DNA of 63,215 nt, the filler included, from Octopus bimaculoides (Eukaryota): assembly GCF_001194135.2 (NCBI RefSeq). It is 4 parts of 4 records of this genome, joined end to end, with 100 filler letters (N's around TTAATTAATTAA, not from the genome) between each part and the next. Parts side by side here need not be neighbours in the genome. Positions count along the whole stretch, not along the records: positions 56,738 to 63,215 come from NC_068999.1; 3 more parts are not named here. One strand, given 5' to 3'. The notes beneath the pieces are model-generated. The model saw only the letters and a list, made by a program, of their open reading frames with translations. It had not been told where the DNA came from and ran no database searches. Of the stretch, positions 63,214-63,215 are shown piece by piece; position 1 is the stretch's first letter, and each line of letters begins with the position of its first letter. Position numbers and translations under genes: made by a program.

Positions 63214-63215
63214 AC

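Noticed and set aside
1-63215. Bacterial or phage system, protocadherin or C2H2 zinc-finger cluster gene
   Set aside because: No operon-like ORF density, no cadherin repeats and no tandem TGEKP-linked fingers on either strand

Overview
This is AT-rich, gap-riddled eukaryotic DNA dominated by repeats. The SINE families, the (TAA)n-associated Dong/R4 3' ends and the microsatellite load point to a coleoid cephalopod, most likely an Octopus draft assembly; that assignment is inferred from recalled repeat consensi, not from a database hit. I found no intact protein-coding gene, and most ORFs in the track are artefacts of N-runs or microsatellites. Supported content: a decayed Ty3/Gypsy element (2.25-5.34 kb); two RTE LINEs (19.4-21.9 kb +, 48.0-50.5 kb -); L1/Tx1 ORF2 and ORF1 pieces joined tail-to-tail (36.1-38.7 kb); two Dong/R4 3' parts and an R2/Hero-type fragment; mariner and maT (DD37D) relics; MITEs; over 20 tRNA-derived SINE copies from about 4 families, two with perfect TSDs; and a tRNA-Arg(TCG) pseudogene. 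Most worth a second look: (1) four ORF-less ~200-bp units, mostly abutting (TA)n, each carrying a minimal hammerhead-ribozyme motif (Penelope-LTR or retrozyme-like); (2) a CpG-depleted domain at ~11.5-26.9 kb that may mark a methylated gene body; (3) a ~530-nt foldback plus a third copy at 15.8-16.7 kb; (4) a 16-bp palindrome array at the right edge; (5) a few unvalidated small-exon candidates. I cannot claim a new biological system from sequence alone.
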